A stretch of DNA of 32,000 nt, taken from NCBI GenBank assembly GCA_963718915.1, contig CAVRAI010000003.1, forward strand, positions 180,001-212,000. Direction: 5' to 3'. The position numbers and the translations under genes were made by a program. A model generated the notes under the pieces. It was not told the DNA's origin, searched no databases, and saw only the letters and a list, made by a program, of their open reading frames with translations. This DNA is from an uncultured Chloroflexia bacterium. Its GTDB lineage: Bacteria > Chloroflexota > Ktedonobacteria > Ktedonobacterales > JADMIN01. Positions 14,678-22,797 of the stretch are shown one piece after another (positions within the stretch are counted from its first letter, which is position 1; each line of letters begins with the position of its first letter).

Positions 14678-16258
14678 TCAGTCGGTGTCCCGCGACCCTC
14701 CAGGAGCCTTGCGCGGGCTGCGGTCTGTCCGTGGCTCCGCATCAGCCGCCTTGCCATTGCGCGCGCTGGCCGCCCTGCCGGTGGGCGCGCTCGATCCCAT
14801 CCCTGAACCTGACCTGTGACTGGCCGACTTTTTCGCTGATGACGCGCCGTGCTTTGTCGGCGCCGCTTTCTGGCTCGTCGGCCGAGCGGTTCGCGACGCT
14901 GCCTTGTACGACGACTTCGCCGACGGCTTCACCGATGCGCTGGTCGCCGCGGGGCCGTTTTTGGTCGCGGGGGCGCTCGCCGATGGGCGAACAGGTGTAC
15001 TCGCGGGCTGAGATGTCAGGTCAGATGTCGGGTCGGATGCGCTCTCAGGCGAATCTGACGAATCTGACGGCGCGCTGGCCTCGGGCGTATCAACGGTATC
15101 AGTCTCCGCTGTCTCCGCCGTTTCTGCAAGACCAGCGGCTTCGGTGGACTCCGCCGTTTCTGTCGTCTCCCCGGTTGTGGCGACGGCAGGCGCTTCTGGC
15201 TCACGCGCGACTGCTTCATCGGCGCGGGTTGCCAGACCTTCTGCCTCCAACACCGGATGTTTTTCCTCGACCTGCGGCAGTTGGCGCGACTGTGGGGTCG
15301 CCAGCCAGTCCAGCAGCGCCTCGGTGAACATCGCGGGCTGATCCTCGAAGATCGCCTCCCCGGCGCTCGTCAGCACATCCAGGTCGGCGTGTGGATTGAG
15401 GACGGCCAGATCCTCCATCATGTCAACAGAGTGCGTCGGGTCTTCATCGCCGCTCAGAACCAGAATCGGCGGCTGGAGCAGCGGGAAGATGTTCTGGATA
15501 GGCAGGTCAAGTTCACCGGTCATCAACGCGAGTTGCGCGTGCTGGCCGCCAAACTGGTGAGCGCTGGCATAGAGATGCTCGACCGTCTCTTCGGTGGCGA
15601 TACCGTCGCCACTGAGCGCGCTGCGCTGGCGCGCCAGACGCCGCAGCAATGGCTTTGTACTGAGAAACGCATAGGGGACCAGCCCCAGCGAGACACGCTG
15701 CGCGGCGCGCGCGAGCAACTGTGTGGGTCGCGGATCGAGATCGACTCCGGCCTCGACATCTGGCGAGATCAACACCAGCCGACTGACCAGATCCGGGGCA
15801 TCGACGGTGACGCGGGCGGCGATATTCGCGGCGCGTCCGTGGCCCACGATGACGGCGGGACGTCCGACGACATCGCGCAGGAAGCCAATCAGCATATTGG
15901 CGTAAAACTCGCCGGTATAGGCCAGCGACGGATGCTCAGACATACCGAAGCCGAGCCAGTCGGGCGCGTAGACACGCCACGTCGGAGTCAGCTGGGGGAA
16001 GATATGGCGATACTCGAAGTTGGACGCGCCGAGATAGAAGTCGTGCAGCAGCACGAGGGGATCGGCGGATTCGTCACCGGCGACATTATAGTAGAGATCA
16101 CCGCCGTGCTTGCGGTCAATGCGCGCCCCACCTGGCAGCGCGCTCTGCAATGGCTGTGGAGTCTCCAGAATATGACGCGCGGTTACGATCAGCGCGCCAC
16201 CCGCGGCGCCAAGGCCCGCCAGCATGATGCCACGCCGCAGCCAGCGAATCGGTCGCAT
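14678..16258 (-). CDS. Membrane-anchored alpha/beta-hydrolase-fold protein lacking the catalytic Ser and His, with a long disordered C-terminal tail
   Basis: ATG 16258 (MRPIRWLRRGIMLAGLGAAGGALIV) is preceded by GGGAGGG. The fold motifs are PLVLLHDFYLGASNFEY, WRVYAPDWLGFGMSE and RLVLISP. The nucleophile elbow reads VGHGRAA rather than GxSxG, and the His position reads SAGEAIFEDQP. The last 190 aa or so are low-complexity, acidic (ETAETAETDT, SDSSDS) then basic (K/R/S/A-rich). Confidence 0.8.
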   Translation of the reverse strand: MRPIRWLRRGIMLAGLGAAGGALIVTARHILETPQPLQSALPGGARIDRKHGGDLYYNVAGDESADPLVLLHDFYLGASNFEYRHIFPQLTPTWRVYAPDWLGFGMSEHPSLAYTGEFYANMLIGFLRDVVGRPAVIVGHGRAANIAARVTVDAPDLVSRLVLISPDVEAGVDLDPRPTQLLARAAQRVSLGLVPYAFLSTKPLLRRLARQRSALSGDGIATEETVEHLYASAHQFGGQHAQLALMTGELDLPIQNIFPLLQPPILVLSGDEDPTHSVDMMEDLAVLNPHADLDVLTSAGEAIFEDQPAMFTEALLDWLATPQSRQLPQVEEKHPVLEAEGLATRADEAVAREPEAPAVATTGETTETAESTEAAGLAETAETAETDTVDTPEASAPSDSSDSPESASDPTSDLTSQPASTPVRPSASAPATKNGPAATSASVKPSAKSSYKAASRTARPTSQKAAPTKHGASSAKKSASHRSGSGMGSSAPTGRAASARNGKAADAEPRTDRSPRKAPGGSRDTD

Positions 16259-16499
16259 ACCATCACCCTCCCAACACCTTCCGCCAGACGCGCATCGAGC
16301 CGGAGTCACATCCTGCTCTGGCGCCATCAGCGGTGTCTCAGCGATCAGGCCATGCATCGGCCGCCCAGACGCGGAACCCAGACGCGCGACCGCGGATCTT
16401 GTTCGCTTATTCAGACGAACGATACGTCTACTATAGCCAATAGCATGCCACATTCTCGCGGAGGTGTGGTACCGGGAGGCTCTTCGGGATTGATCGCCG

Positions 16500-17768
16500 T
16501 CACTCGTTGACGACGCGCTCTCGGCCCAATTCCTCAGCCGGAGGGGCTGACTCGGCGGGCAGCGTTGTCTTGAACGCGCCCGGCGCGAACATGCGCGCGA
16601 CCTGGGGCAACAAAAGCGCCACAGCGCCCGCCAGAAAGATGCCGCCCACCATGATGAAGGGGAGGCCGCGATACAACCCGTAGATGAATCCAGAGATGGT
16701 CGCGACGACAAATGCGCTGCCTGTCCCCGCCGCGCTATAGGTGGCCTGGATGCGTCCGCGCAGGCTGGGTGGGGTCGCGTCGGCGAGCAGCCCATCGGCG
16801 GCGGTGCGGGCGAAGGCGGCGGCGACGCCCTCCGGCACGGAAAGGATCACCAGCCAGATCGGGTTGATGGGCAGGCCGTAGATGACAAACAGCACGCCAC
16901 AGACGGAAAGTCCAAACAGCACATACCAGTAGCGTCCGTGGCGATCCGCCAGTCGCCCCGCGATGGGCGCGAGCAGAATGATCGGCACGGCAAAGGTCGT
17001 GAACGAAAGACCAATCACCAGCGGCGATGCCCCTAGATCGGCCATGTAAATCGTCCAGACGGCGGCGCCAACGCCCTGGGTCGTCGCAAGGATGATTTGC
17101 AGGCTATAGGCGAGCATGAGTGGCCGGGTGAAGAGCATCGCCGTCACCGCGCGCGACGCCGACTCACTGGAATAGACCATGGCGCGACGCGGCAGGAAGA
17201 ACCACGCCAGCACAGCGCCCGCCGCCAGCGGGACACTGGCCACCAGAAAGGCGTCATGGTAGCCGACGGCGCTCGCCAGCAACAGCCCGAACGTTGGGCC
17301 GAGCAGAATGCCGACCGTCTGGGCCGCGCTCAACAGGCCAAGCGTCTCCGCCTGGCGCCCGGATGGCGCGAGCGAATTGGCAAGGGCGCGCGCGGGCGGC
17401 AAAATACCGATGACGGCGATGCCTTCGAGGCCGCGCAGGGCAATCAGCAGCACAGGGTTCTCGATGGGGATATAGGCCAGCACCAGCAGGGTATGGATCA
17501 CCAGCCCGGCAAAGAGGACGTAGCCATGCCCCACGCGATCCGAGAGTCTGCCAATGGGTGGCGCGGCGAAGAAGCCGGTGAGCAGCGCCGCCGACGCCAT
17601 CAGGCCGATCTCGCCGCTCGACGCGCCGACCTCGCGCCCATAGAGCGCCCGTAGCGGCACGATAAAGCCGACGCCCAGAAAGGAGACGCCGACGACGAAG
17701 ACCAGCAGCAGAATCGCTGGCGTATAGACACCGCCGCTGACGGACCGCTGGCGGAGCGCGCGAAGCAT
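16500..17768 (-). CDS. MFS transporter (drug/metabolite efflux type)
   Basis: I took the internal ATG (MLRALRQRSVSGGVYTPAILLLVF...). The protein has about 12 TM helices and the MFS motif A-like GRLSDRVGH and GRLADRHGR in the two halves. Confidence 0.9.
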   Translation of the reverse strand: MLRALRQRSVSGGVYTPAILLLVFVVGVSFLGVGFIVPLRALYGREVGASSGEIGLMASAALLTGFFAAPPIGRLSDRVGHGYVLFAGLVIHTLLVLAYIPIENPVLLIALRGLEGIAVIGILPPARALANSLAPSGRQAETLGLLSAAQTVGILLGPTFGLLLASAVGYHDAFLVASVPLAAGAVLAWFFLPRRAMVYSSESASRAVTAMLFTRPLMLAYSLQIILATTQGVGAAVWTIYMADLGASPLVIGLSFTTFAVPIILLAPIAGRLADRHGRYWYVLFGLSVCGVLFVIYGLPINPIWLVILSVPEGVAAAFARTAADGLLADATPPSLRGRIQATYSAAGTGSAFVVATISGFIYGLYRGLPFIMVGGIFLAGAVALLLPQVARMFAPGAFKTTLPAESAPPAEELGRERVVNE

Positions 17769-17872
17769 GTATGATGACCACTTTCTCGACGACAACAGGA
17801 CGAAGTGTATCACAGACATGATACGCGGGGAGACAGCGGTAACACCAGGCAGAAAAGTGGTGGAAATTATCG

Positions 17873-18349
17873 TCAGGCGGCGCGCCCGCGTCCCCAGACG
17901 CCGCACGCCCGCCAGACGCGCAGCATCCAGAGGCCGAGTGCGAACTCGACCACAGAGATCGCCATGCGCAGCAGGACGTACCATGTCGGCTGGTGCACTG
18001 GAATGACACCCTGTAGTTGCAGGATGCCCGCCGGTATTTCAAGCGCCGAGGCGAGGAAGGCGAGCAGCGCCAGCCAGAAGAGCCAGCGCCAGCCACGTAT
18101 CACGCCGTAGCTTACTATCGCCACGAAGATGAGGATTGCGGCGAAAAAGAGATTGACGGCCAATGGATGCCTATCGGTCGGTGAACTGCTTAGCCGCAAG
18201 GTCTCCAGGTAGATGGATGGCGCGACGAGATAGAGGATCACCAGCACGGCAATCGTCGAGGTGAAGAAGGCGATAATGGCGCCCTGGAGCGCGCGCTGTC
18301 TCTGCGGGCAGCCATCGTGGCTAACCGCCGCCATCGGGTTACTGAACAT
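17873..18349 (-). CDS. Small polytopic membrane protein, unknown function
   Basis: ATG 18349 (MFSNPMAAV...) is preceded by GGAGGGAGGAGA. There are four predicted TM helices. It lies immediately upstream of the MFS gene on the same strand. Confidence 0.6.
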   Translation of the reverse strand: MFSNPMAAVSHDGCPQRQRALQGAIIAFFTSTIAVLVILYLVAPSIYLETLRLSSSPTDRHPLAVNLFFAAILIFVAIVSYGVIRGWRWLFWLALLAFLASALEIPAGILQLQGVIPVHQPTWYVLLRMAISVVEFALGLWMLRVWRACGVWGRGRAA

Positions 18350-18590
18350 CTCTCCTCCCTCCTGCTCATCACTCCAACCACATATCATCATACTGCCAAA
18401 CAGCATGGCGGATGGACAGATCTGCCGGTCTTTTCGAGCGACCTGGATTTCCGTCCAGATGATTGCTAACTCGCTCGACGCCAGTGGCCACCCACGGATG
18501 ATATGGGGTCACGATGACGGCATGCATCCAGGCGTCTACTGGCACAGCCTGTGACGGTGACACGCCAGCCACATCCCGCAGCCAGATGAC

Positions 18591-18634
18591 TTGACTCCGA
18601 CGTTATTTCATGTTAATGTAATTAATATGAAATA
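18591..18634 (+). promoter_or_regulatory. Promoter TTGACT-17 bp-TAATGT overlapping a 31-bp AT-rich palindrome (candidate TetR operator)
   Basis: The -35 TTGACT is at 18591-18596 and the -10 TAATGT at 18614-18619. The palindrome is TATTTCAT-g-TTAAT-gta-ATTAA-t-ATGAAATA (18604-18634), with 13 of 15 positions paired. It sits in the divergent region between tetR and the minus-strand membrane/MFS genes. Confidence 0.6.
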
Positions 18635-18671
18635 TAGCCGCACTGGAACAGCAGGCAAACGCCAATATCAT

Positions 18672-19241
18672 ATGAGCACGCGCGCAACGGCGGCGGCGGC
18701 GACCGGCCAGCGCATCCTTCAGGCAGTTCTAGACCTGTATATGGTGCGCTGGCTGGAGGATCTGACCCTGGACGAAGTGGCAACGCGGGCAGGCGTCACC
18801 GTCCAGACAGTGTTGCGCCGCTACGGCTCGAAGGCCGGACTGATCCAGGCGGCAGGCGAAGCGCTTTATCAGCGGGTCAGCAGCCAGCGTAATCAGGCGC
18901 CAGTCGGCGACATCGCGGGCACGGTAGCGAACCTGATGGATCACTATGAGGCCACCGGCGACCTTGCCCTCCGTACACTTGCCCAGGAACAGCGCCATGA
19001 GACGCTCCATGTCTTTGCGGAGCAGGGCCGCGTCTTACATCGTGCCTGGGTTGAAACAACATTCAGTCCACTGCTCGATGGCATTTCCGCGAGCAAACGG
19101 GATGACACCCTCGCCAGACTGGTCATCGTAACGGACGTCTATGTCTGGAAGCTGTTGCGGCGGGATATGGGCGTTGAGCGAGAACAGGCGGAGCGCCATG
19201 TGGCGGACATGGTGTCTGCCATGATCGAGCGAGAGCACTAG
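18672..19241 (+). CDS. TetR/AcrR-family transcriptional regulator
   Basis: HTH segment RILQAVLDLYMVRWLEDLTLDEVATRAGVTVQTVLRRYGSKAGL. The alternative in-frame ATG 18627 would be leaderless relative to the predicted promoter. Confidence 0.85.
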   Translation: MSTRATAAAATGQRILQAVLDLYMVRWLEDLTLDEVATRAGVTVQTVLRRYGSKAGLIQAAGEALYQRVSSQRNQAPVGDIAGTVANLMDHYEATGDLALRTLAQEQRHETLHVFAEQGRVLHRAWVETTFSPLLDGISASKRDDTLARLVIVTDVYVWKLLRRDMGVEREQAERHVADMVSAMIEREH

Positions 19242-19251
19242 GAGTGAGGCG

Positions 19252-20607
19252 ATGCAGCACACCGTTCGCCAGTCGGGTCACTATCTCTTTGTCCTCTGGG
19301 ATGGGGGCGGCAATATCCCACCGCAGCTCGCGCTGGCGCGACGCCTGACCGAGCGCGGCCACCACGTCAGAATCCTTGCGCCGCGCGTGTTGCAGCCGCG
19401 TATCGAAGCCGCGGGCTGCCAGTTTGTTCCGCTGCGTGAAACGCCGGAACACGATAGTAGCTCGCGTACCGAAGACATATTACGAGACTGGGAAGCGCGG
19501 ACGCCGCTGGCTGCGGCGGCTTTAGTTCGTGACCGCCTCATCTTCGGCACGGCGTCTGGTTATGCCAGCGATGTCACCGCCGCCATCGCAGACGAGCGCC
19601 CGGATGTGGTGGTGACCGACTACCTGCTCCTGGGTGGCTATGTCGCGGCGGAGCGCGCTGGCATTCCAGTAGCCGCGCTGATACACAACATCTATCCGCT
19701 GCCTGCACCGGGAATCCCACCATATGGCATGGGTTTCCAGCCCGCGAAAGGCGCGCCTGGACGGATGCGTGACGCGGTGTTCGCGCCAGTCATTCCGGCG
19801 GTTCTACGACGCGCGCCTGAAAGAACCTGAACCGGCGTGCGCCTGGCGATGGGTCTGCGCCCGCTATCCTCCGTCTTCGAGCAATTCGAGCGCGCCAACC
19901 GGTTGCTGGTGCTGACCAGCCAGGCGTTCGACTTTCCGGCCGATTCCCTGCCTGCGAATGTGCGCTACGTTGGCCCACAGCTCGATGATCCCGCGTGGCT
20001 CGCACCGTGGGAGCCACCGACATTGGATGACGATAAACGTCCGCTGGTGCTGGTCAGTCTCAGCACCACCTATCAGCAGCAGGCGGATGTCGTGCGGCGG
20101 GTCGTGGCGGCGCTGGCTGACCTGCCCGTTCGGGGGCTGGTAACGCTCGGCCCGGCGCTCGACGGCGAGCGGTTTTCGTTGCCGCCCAATGTGCGCGCGG
20201 AATCATACATTCCCCACCGTCTGGTCTGCCCACATGCCGACCTTGTCATCACCCACTGCGGCCATGGCACGGTTATCACCGCGCTGAGCGCTGGGGTGCC
20301 GCTCGTCTGCCTGCCAATGGGCAGGGACCAGGGAGATAACGCCGCCCGCGTGGTCTGGCGCGGCGCTGGCGTACGCTGTTCGAGCAAAGCGGACGTGAAG
20401 ACGCTACGTCAGGCGATCCAGCAGGTATTGGAACAGCCGCAATACCGCGAGGGCGCACACCAGATAGCCGATGGCATCGCGCGCGACGGCGGGTCAGCTA
20501 CAGCCATCGTTGAACTGGAGGGCCTGGCGTCTCTCCTGGCGCTGGTCGTCCGAGTGAGCGACGGCGTCACGTGGACGACGAGGTACGCGCCTCCATCTTC
20601 GCTTTGA
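19252..20607 (+). pseudogene. Family 1 UDP-glycosyltransferase (MGT/OleD macrolide-glycosyltransferase-like) interrupted by an in-frame TGA at 19828-19830
   Basis: N-terminal half: YLFVLWDGGGNIPPQLALARRLTERGHHVRIL. C-terminal half: the GT1 nucleotide-sugar signature VITHCGHGTVITALSAGVPLVCLPMGRDQGDNA. ORFs 19252..19830 and 19837..20607 are in the same frame, separated only by ...APERT*TGVRLAMGL... Confidence 0.8.
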
Positions 20608-21028
20608 GGCGTCGCGTCGCCTCCTCCGACTCCGCCTGGACGCGGCGGCGCAGGATCAGCGTATCGAGCACAGCGAAGAGCGCATTGAGCGTGGGATAGA
20701 CGAACTCGCGCTCGAAGAAGACGCCATCGTGCCGCTGGCTGAGCGTATAGGTGATCGTGCCGCCGCCTTTGGAGCTTTCGATAGCTCCGACGATCACCCA
20801 GCGATTCGGCGCGGCGCGTTCGGTGACCCTCCAGACGACGCTGCCCCGACGACCCGCGACGAGAAACCGCTCGGTGACCTCTTCGCTCACCGCCAGCGAA
20901 TGGTCCGCGCCATCACTGACGCCGAGCGACGAGGGATGCCACTCCGGCCAGTGGGCGGGCGTGGTGACGTAGTCGTAGAGGTCTTCGATGGGGCAGGCTA
21001 TCGTCGCTGTCGTGTAGATGCGAGTCAT
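20567..21028 (-). CDS. SRPBCC (START / polyketide cyclase-dehydrase-like) family protein
   Basis: ATG 21028 is preceded by AGGAGG. MTRIYTTATIACPIEDLYDYVTTPAHWPEWHPSS is the typical SRPBCC N-terminus. The gene overlaps the 3' end of the GT1 gene convergently by 41 nt. Confidence 0.8.
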   Translation of the reverse strand: MTRIYTTATIACPIEDLYDYVTTPAHWPEWHPSSLGVSDGADHSLAVSEEVTERFLVAGRRGSVVWRVTERAAPNRWVIVGAIESSKGGGTITYTLSQRHDGVFFEREFVYPTLNALFAVLDTLILRRRVQAESEEATRRLKAKMEARTSSST

Positions 21029-21216
21029 GTCAGCGCCTCCTGGGATGTGGCAACCGCTCTCCAACATGAATAACCATTATTCCACCATGATACGTTACAC
21101 CTCACCAGCGCTTGTGGATGTGGTGTTTAGCTGGCATAACTTGTGCATTCAGCCCAGGTGATACCCCCGTTTGTTACGGCACGCCCGCACGGCCCGAGAC
21201 AGAGGACGACAGAGCC

Positions 21217-22680
21217 ATGAAAGCACCTGTGACTTCCGCCAATCACGCCAAAAGCGCCGACAATGTTAGTAGCGTCAATGGCGCCGACGTTGCGGCGGCC
21301 TCCCCCTTATTGCACCATGCCATGATGGAGTCAGCGCAGGGTGAGTCGATGGCCGAACGCAGCGCGCGCGGCAAGGCGCTCCGCAAGGCGGTTCCACGCT
21401 CAGCGCATGCGCAGTGGGAACCGCCATCCGACCGTCCAGACCCGATCAGCGTGCTCCAGGCCTGCGAACCGTTACGCCAGCAAGACCTGCTGCCCATTCG
21501 CTATGGGCGCATGATGGAGTCGCCGTTTGCATTCCTGCGCGGCTCGTCGGCGGTGATGGCCTCCGATCTGGCGTCCACGCCGACCACAGACTTGCTTGTG
21601 CAGGCCTGCGGTGACGCGCACCTCACTAATTTCGGCATATTTGCAACGCCGGAGCGCCAGCTTGTCTTCGACCTCAACGACTTTGATGAAACACTGCGGG
21701 GCCACTGGGAATGGGACATCAAACGACTGGCGGCGAGTCTCGTGGTGGCCGGACGCACCAATGGGCTGAGCCGCGCCATCTGCGACGAGAGCGTGCTGAG
21801 AGCCATCGCCACCTATCGCGGGCGGCTGGCGCGGTTTGCGACCATGGACTATCTCACGCTCTGGTATACCCAGGTGAATACCCAGGACGTGCTCGACATG
21901 GTTTCCGGTTTCGCCCACAAGGTAGCGCAGAAGCACGTGCGGAAAGCGCAACAGCGCGATCATCTCCATGCCTTCGCGCGATTGACCACAGTTGTAGACG
22001 GCCACACCCAGATTGCCAATGATCCACCCCTGCTCATGCACGTCAGCGATACCATCATGGGCGATCATATCGAAGAACTGCTCAGCGGCTATATAGCCTC
22101 CCTGCGCGAAGATCGGCGCGACCTGCTGCGCCGCTACACGCTGGTGGATTTCGCCCGCAAGGTGGTTGGCGTGGGTAGTGTTGGCACGCGCTGTTATGTC
22201 ATGCTGCTCACCGGCAAGGACCAGGGCGATCCACTCTTCCTCCAGATGAAGGAGGCGAACCCTTCGGTCATCGAGACCTACGGCGAGGGGCGCAAGACCA
22301 TCCATGCCAACCACGGCCAGCGGGTGGTGCGCGGGCAACAGATGATTCAGGCGGCCAGCGATATCTTTCTGGGATGGGGACGCATGGGGGTGGAACACTA
22401 CTATGTGCGCCAGCTCCGCGATATGAAGGGTTCTGTGGATCCCTCCACACTGACGCCGTCAGGCTTCGTGACCTATGGCACGCTGTGCGCCTGGGCGCTT
22501 GCCCGGGCCCACGCGCGCTCCGGCGATGTCATCGCGCTCAACAGCTATCTCGGCAAGCGCGACATCTTCGACCGCGCACTCGTCGCCTTCGCCAACGCCT
22601 ATGCCGACCAGACCGAGCGCGACCATGCGGCGCTGGTGGCCGCGGTGAAGTCTGGCCGGATCGAGGCGGAAACACTCTAG
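21217..22680 (+). CDS. DUF2252-family protein (function unknown)
   Basis: GKALRKAVPRSAHAQWEPPSDRPDPISVL...LLPIRYGRMMESPFAFLRGSSAVMASDL...QACGDAHLTNFG...VFDLNDFDET...WEWDIKRLAASL matches my recollection of DUF2252. The start is uncertain (ATG 21217 chosen; TTG 21112 and later ATGs are possible). Confidence 0.8.
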   Translation: MKAPVTSANHAKSADNVSSVNGADVAAASPLLHHAMMESAQGESMAERSARGKALRKAVPRSAHAQWEPPSDRPDPISVLQACEPLRQQDLLPIRYGRMMESPFAFLRGSSAVMASDLASTPTTDLLVQACGDAHLTNFGIFATPERQLVFDLNDFDETLRGHWEWDIKRLAASLVVAGRTNGLSRAICDESVLRAIATYRGRLARFATMDYLTLWYTQVNTQDVLDMVSGFAHKVAQKHVRKAQQRDHLHAFARLTTVVDGHTQIANDPPLLMHVSDTIMGDHIEELLSGYIASLREDRRDLLRRYTLVDFARKVVGVGSVGTRCYVMLLTGKDQGDPLFLQMKEANPSVIETYGEGRKTIHANHGQRVVRGQQMIQAASDIFLGWGRMGVEHYYVRQLRDMKGSVDPSTLTPSGFVTYGTLCAWALARAHARSGDVIALNSYLGKRDIFDRALVAFANAYADQTERDHAALVAAVKSGRIEAETL

Positions 22681-22797
22681 CTCTTCTTTATGCCCTCCAG
22701 CGGAACCCGGCTCGGCGGGGACTGCCAAGCTGCTCTGGATGGCGCATGTCCTCTCCTAGGGTTATGTAAAACCGCTCAGACGATGTGGTTGGTACCC

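Noticed and set aside
15257-16510. 417-aa plus-strand ORF
   Set aside because: It is antisense to the alpha/beta-hydrolase-fold gene, which has fold motifs and a good RBS. The composition is Arg/Gln/Asp-rich shadow-frame sequence.
18369-18572. 67-codon minus-strand ORF between the TetR operator and the 4-TM membrane gene
   Set aside because: The position fits a first gene of the divergent operon. However, GC3 is low, there is no clear RBS and no recognisable motif, so I did not list it as a feature.
19828-19830. In-frame TGA in the glycosyltransferase as selenocysteine or programmed readthrough
   Set aside because: No SECIS-like hairpin follows the codon. GT1 enzymes have no catalytic Cys/Sec at this linker position. 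The surrounding peptide looks scrambled, so a pseudogene or sequence error is more parsimonious.
21472-22398. 308-aa minus-strand ORF
   Set aside because: It is antisense to the DUF2252 gene and has no recognisable domain.
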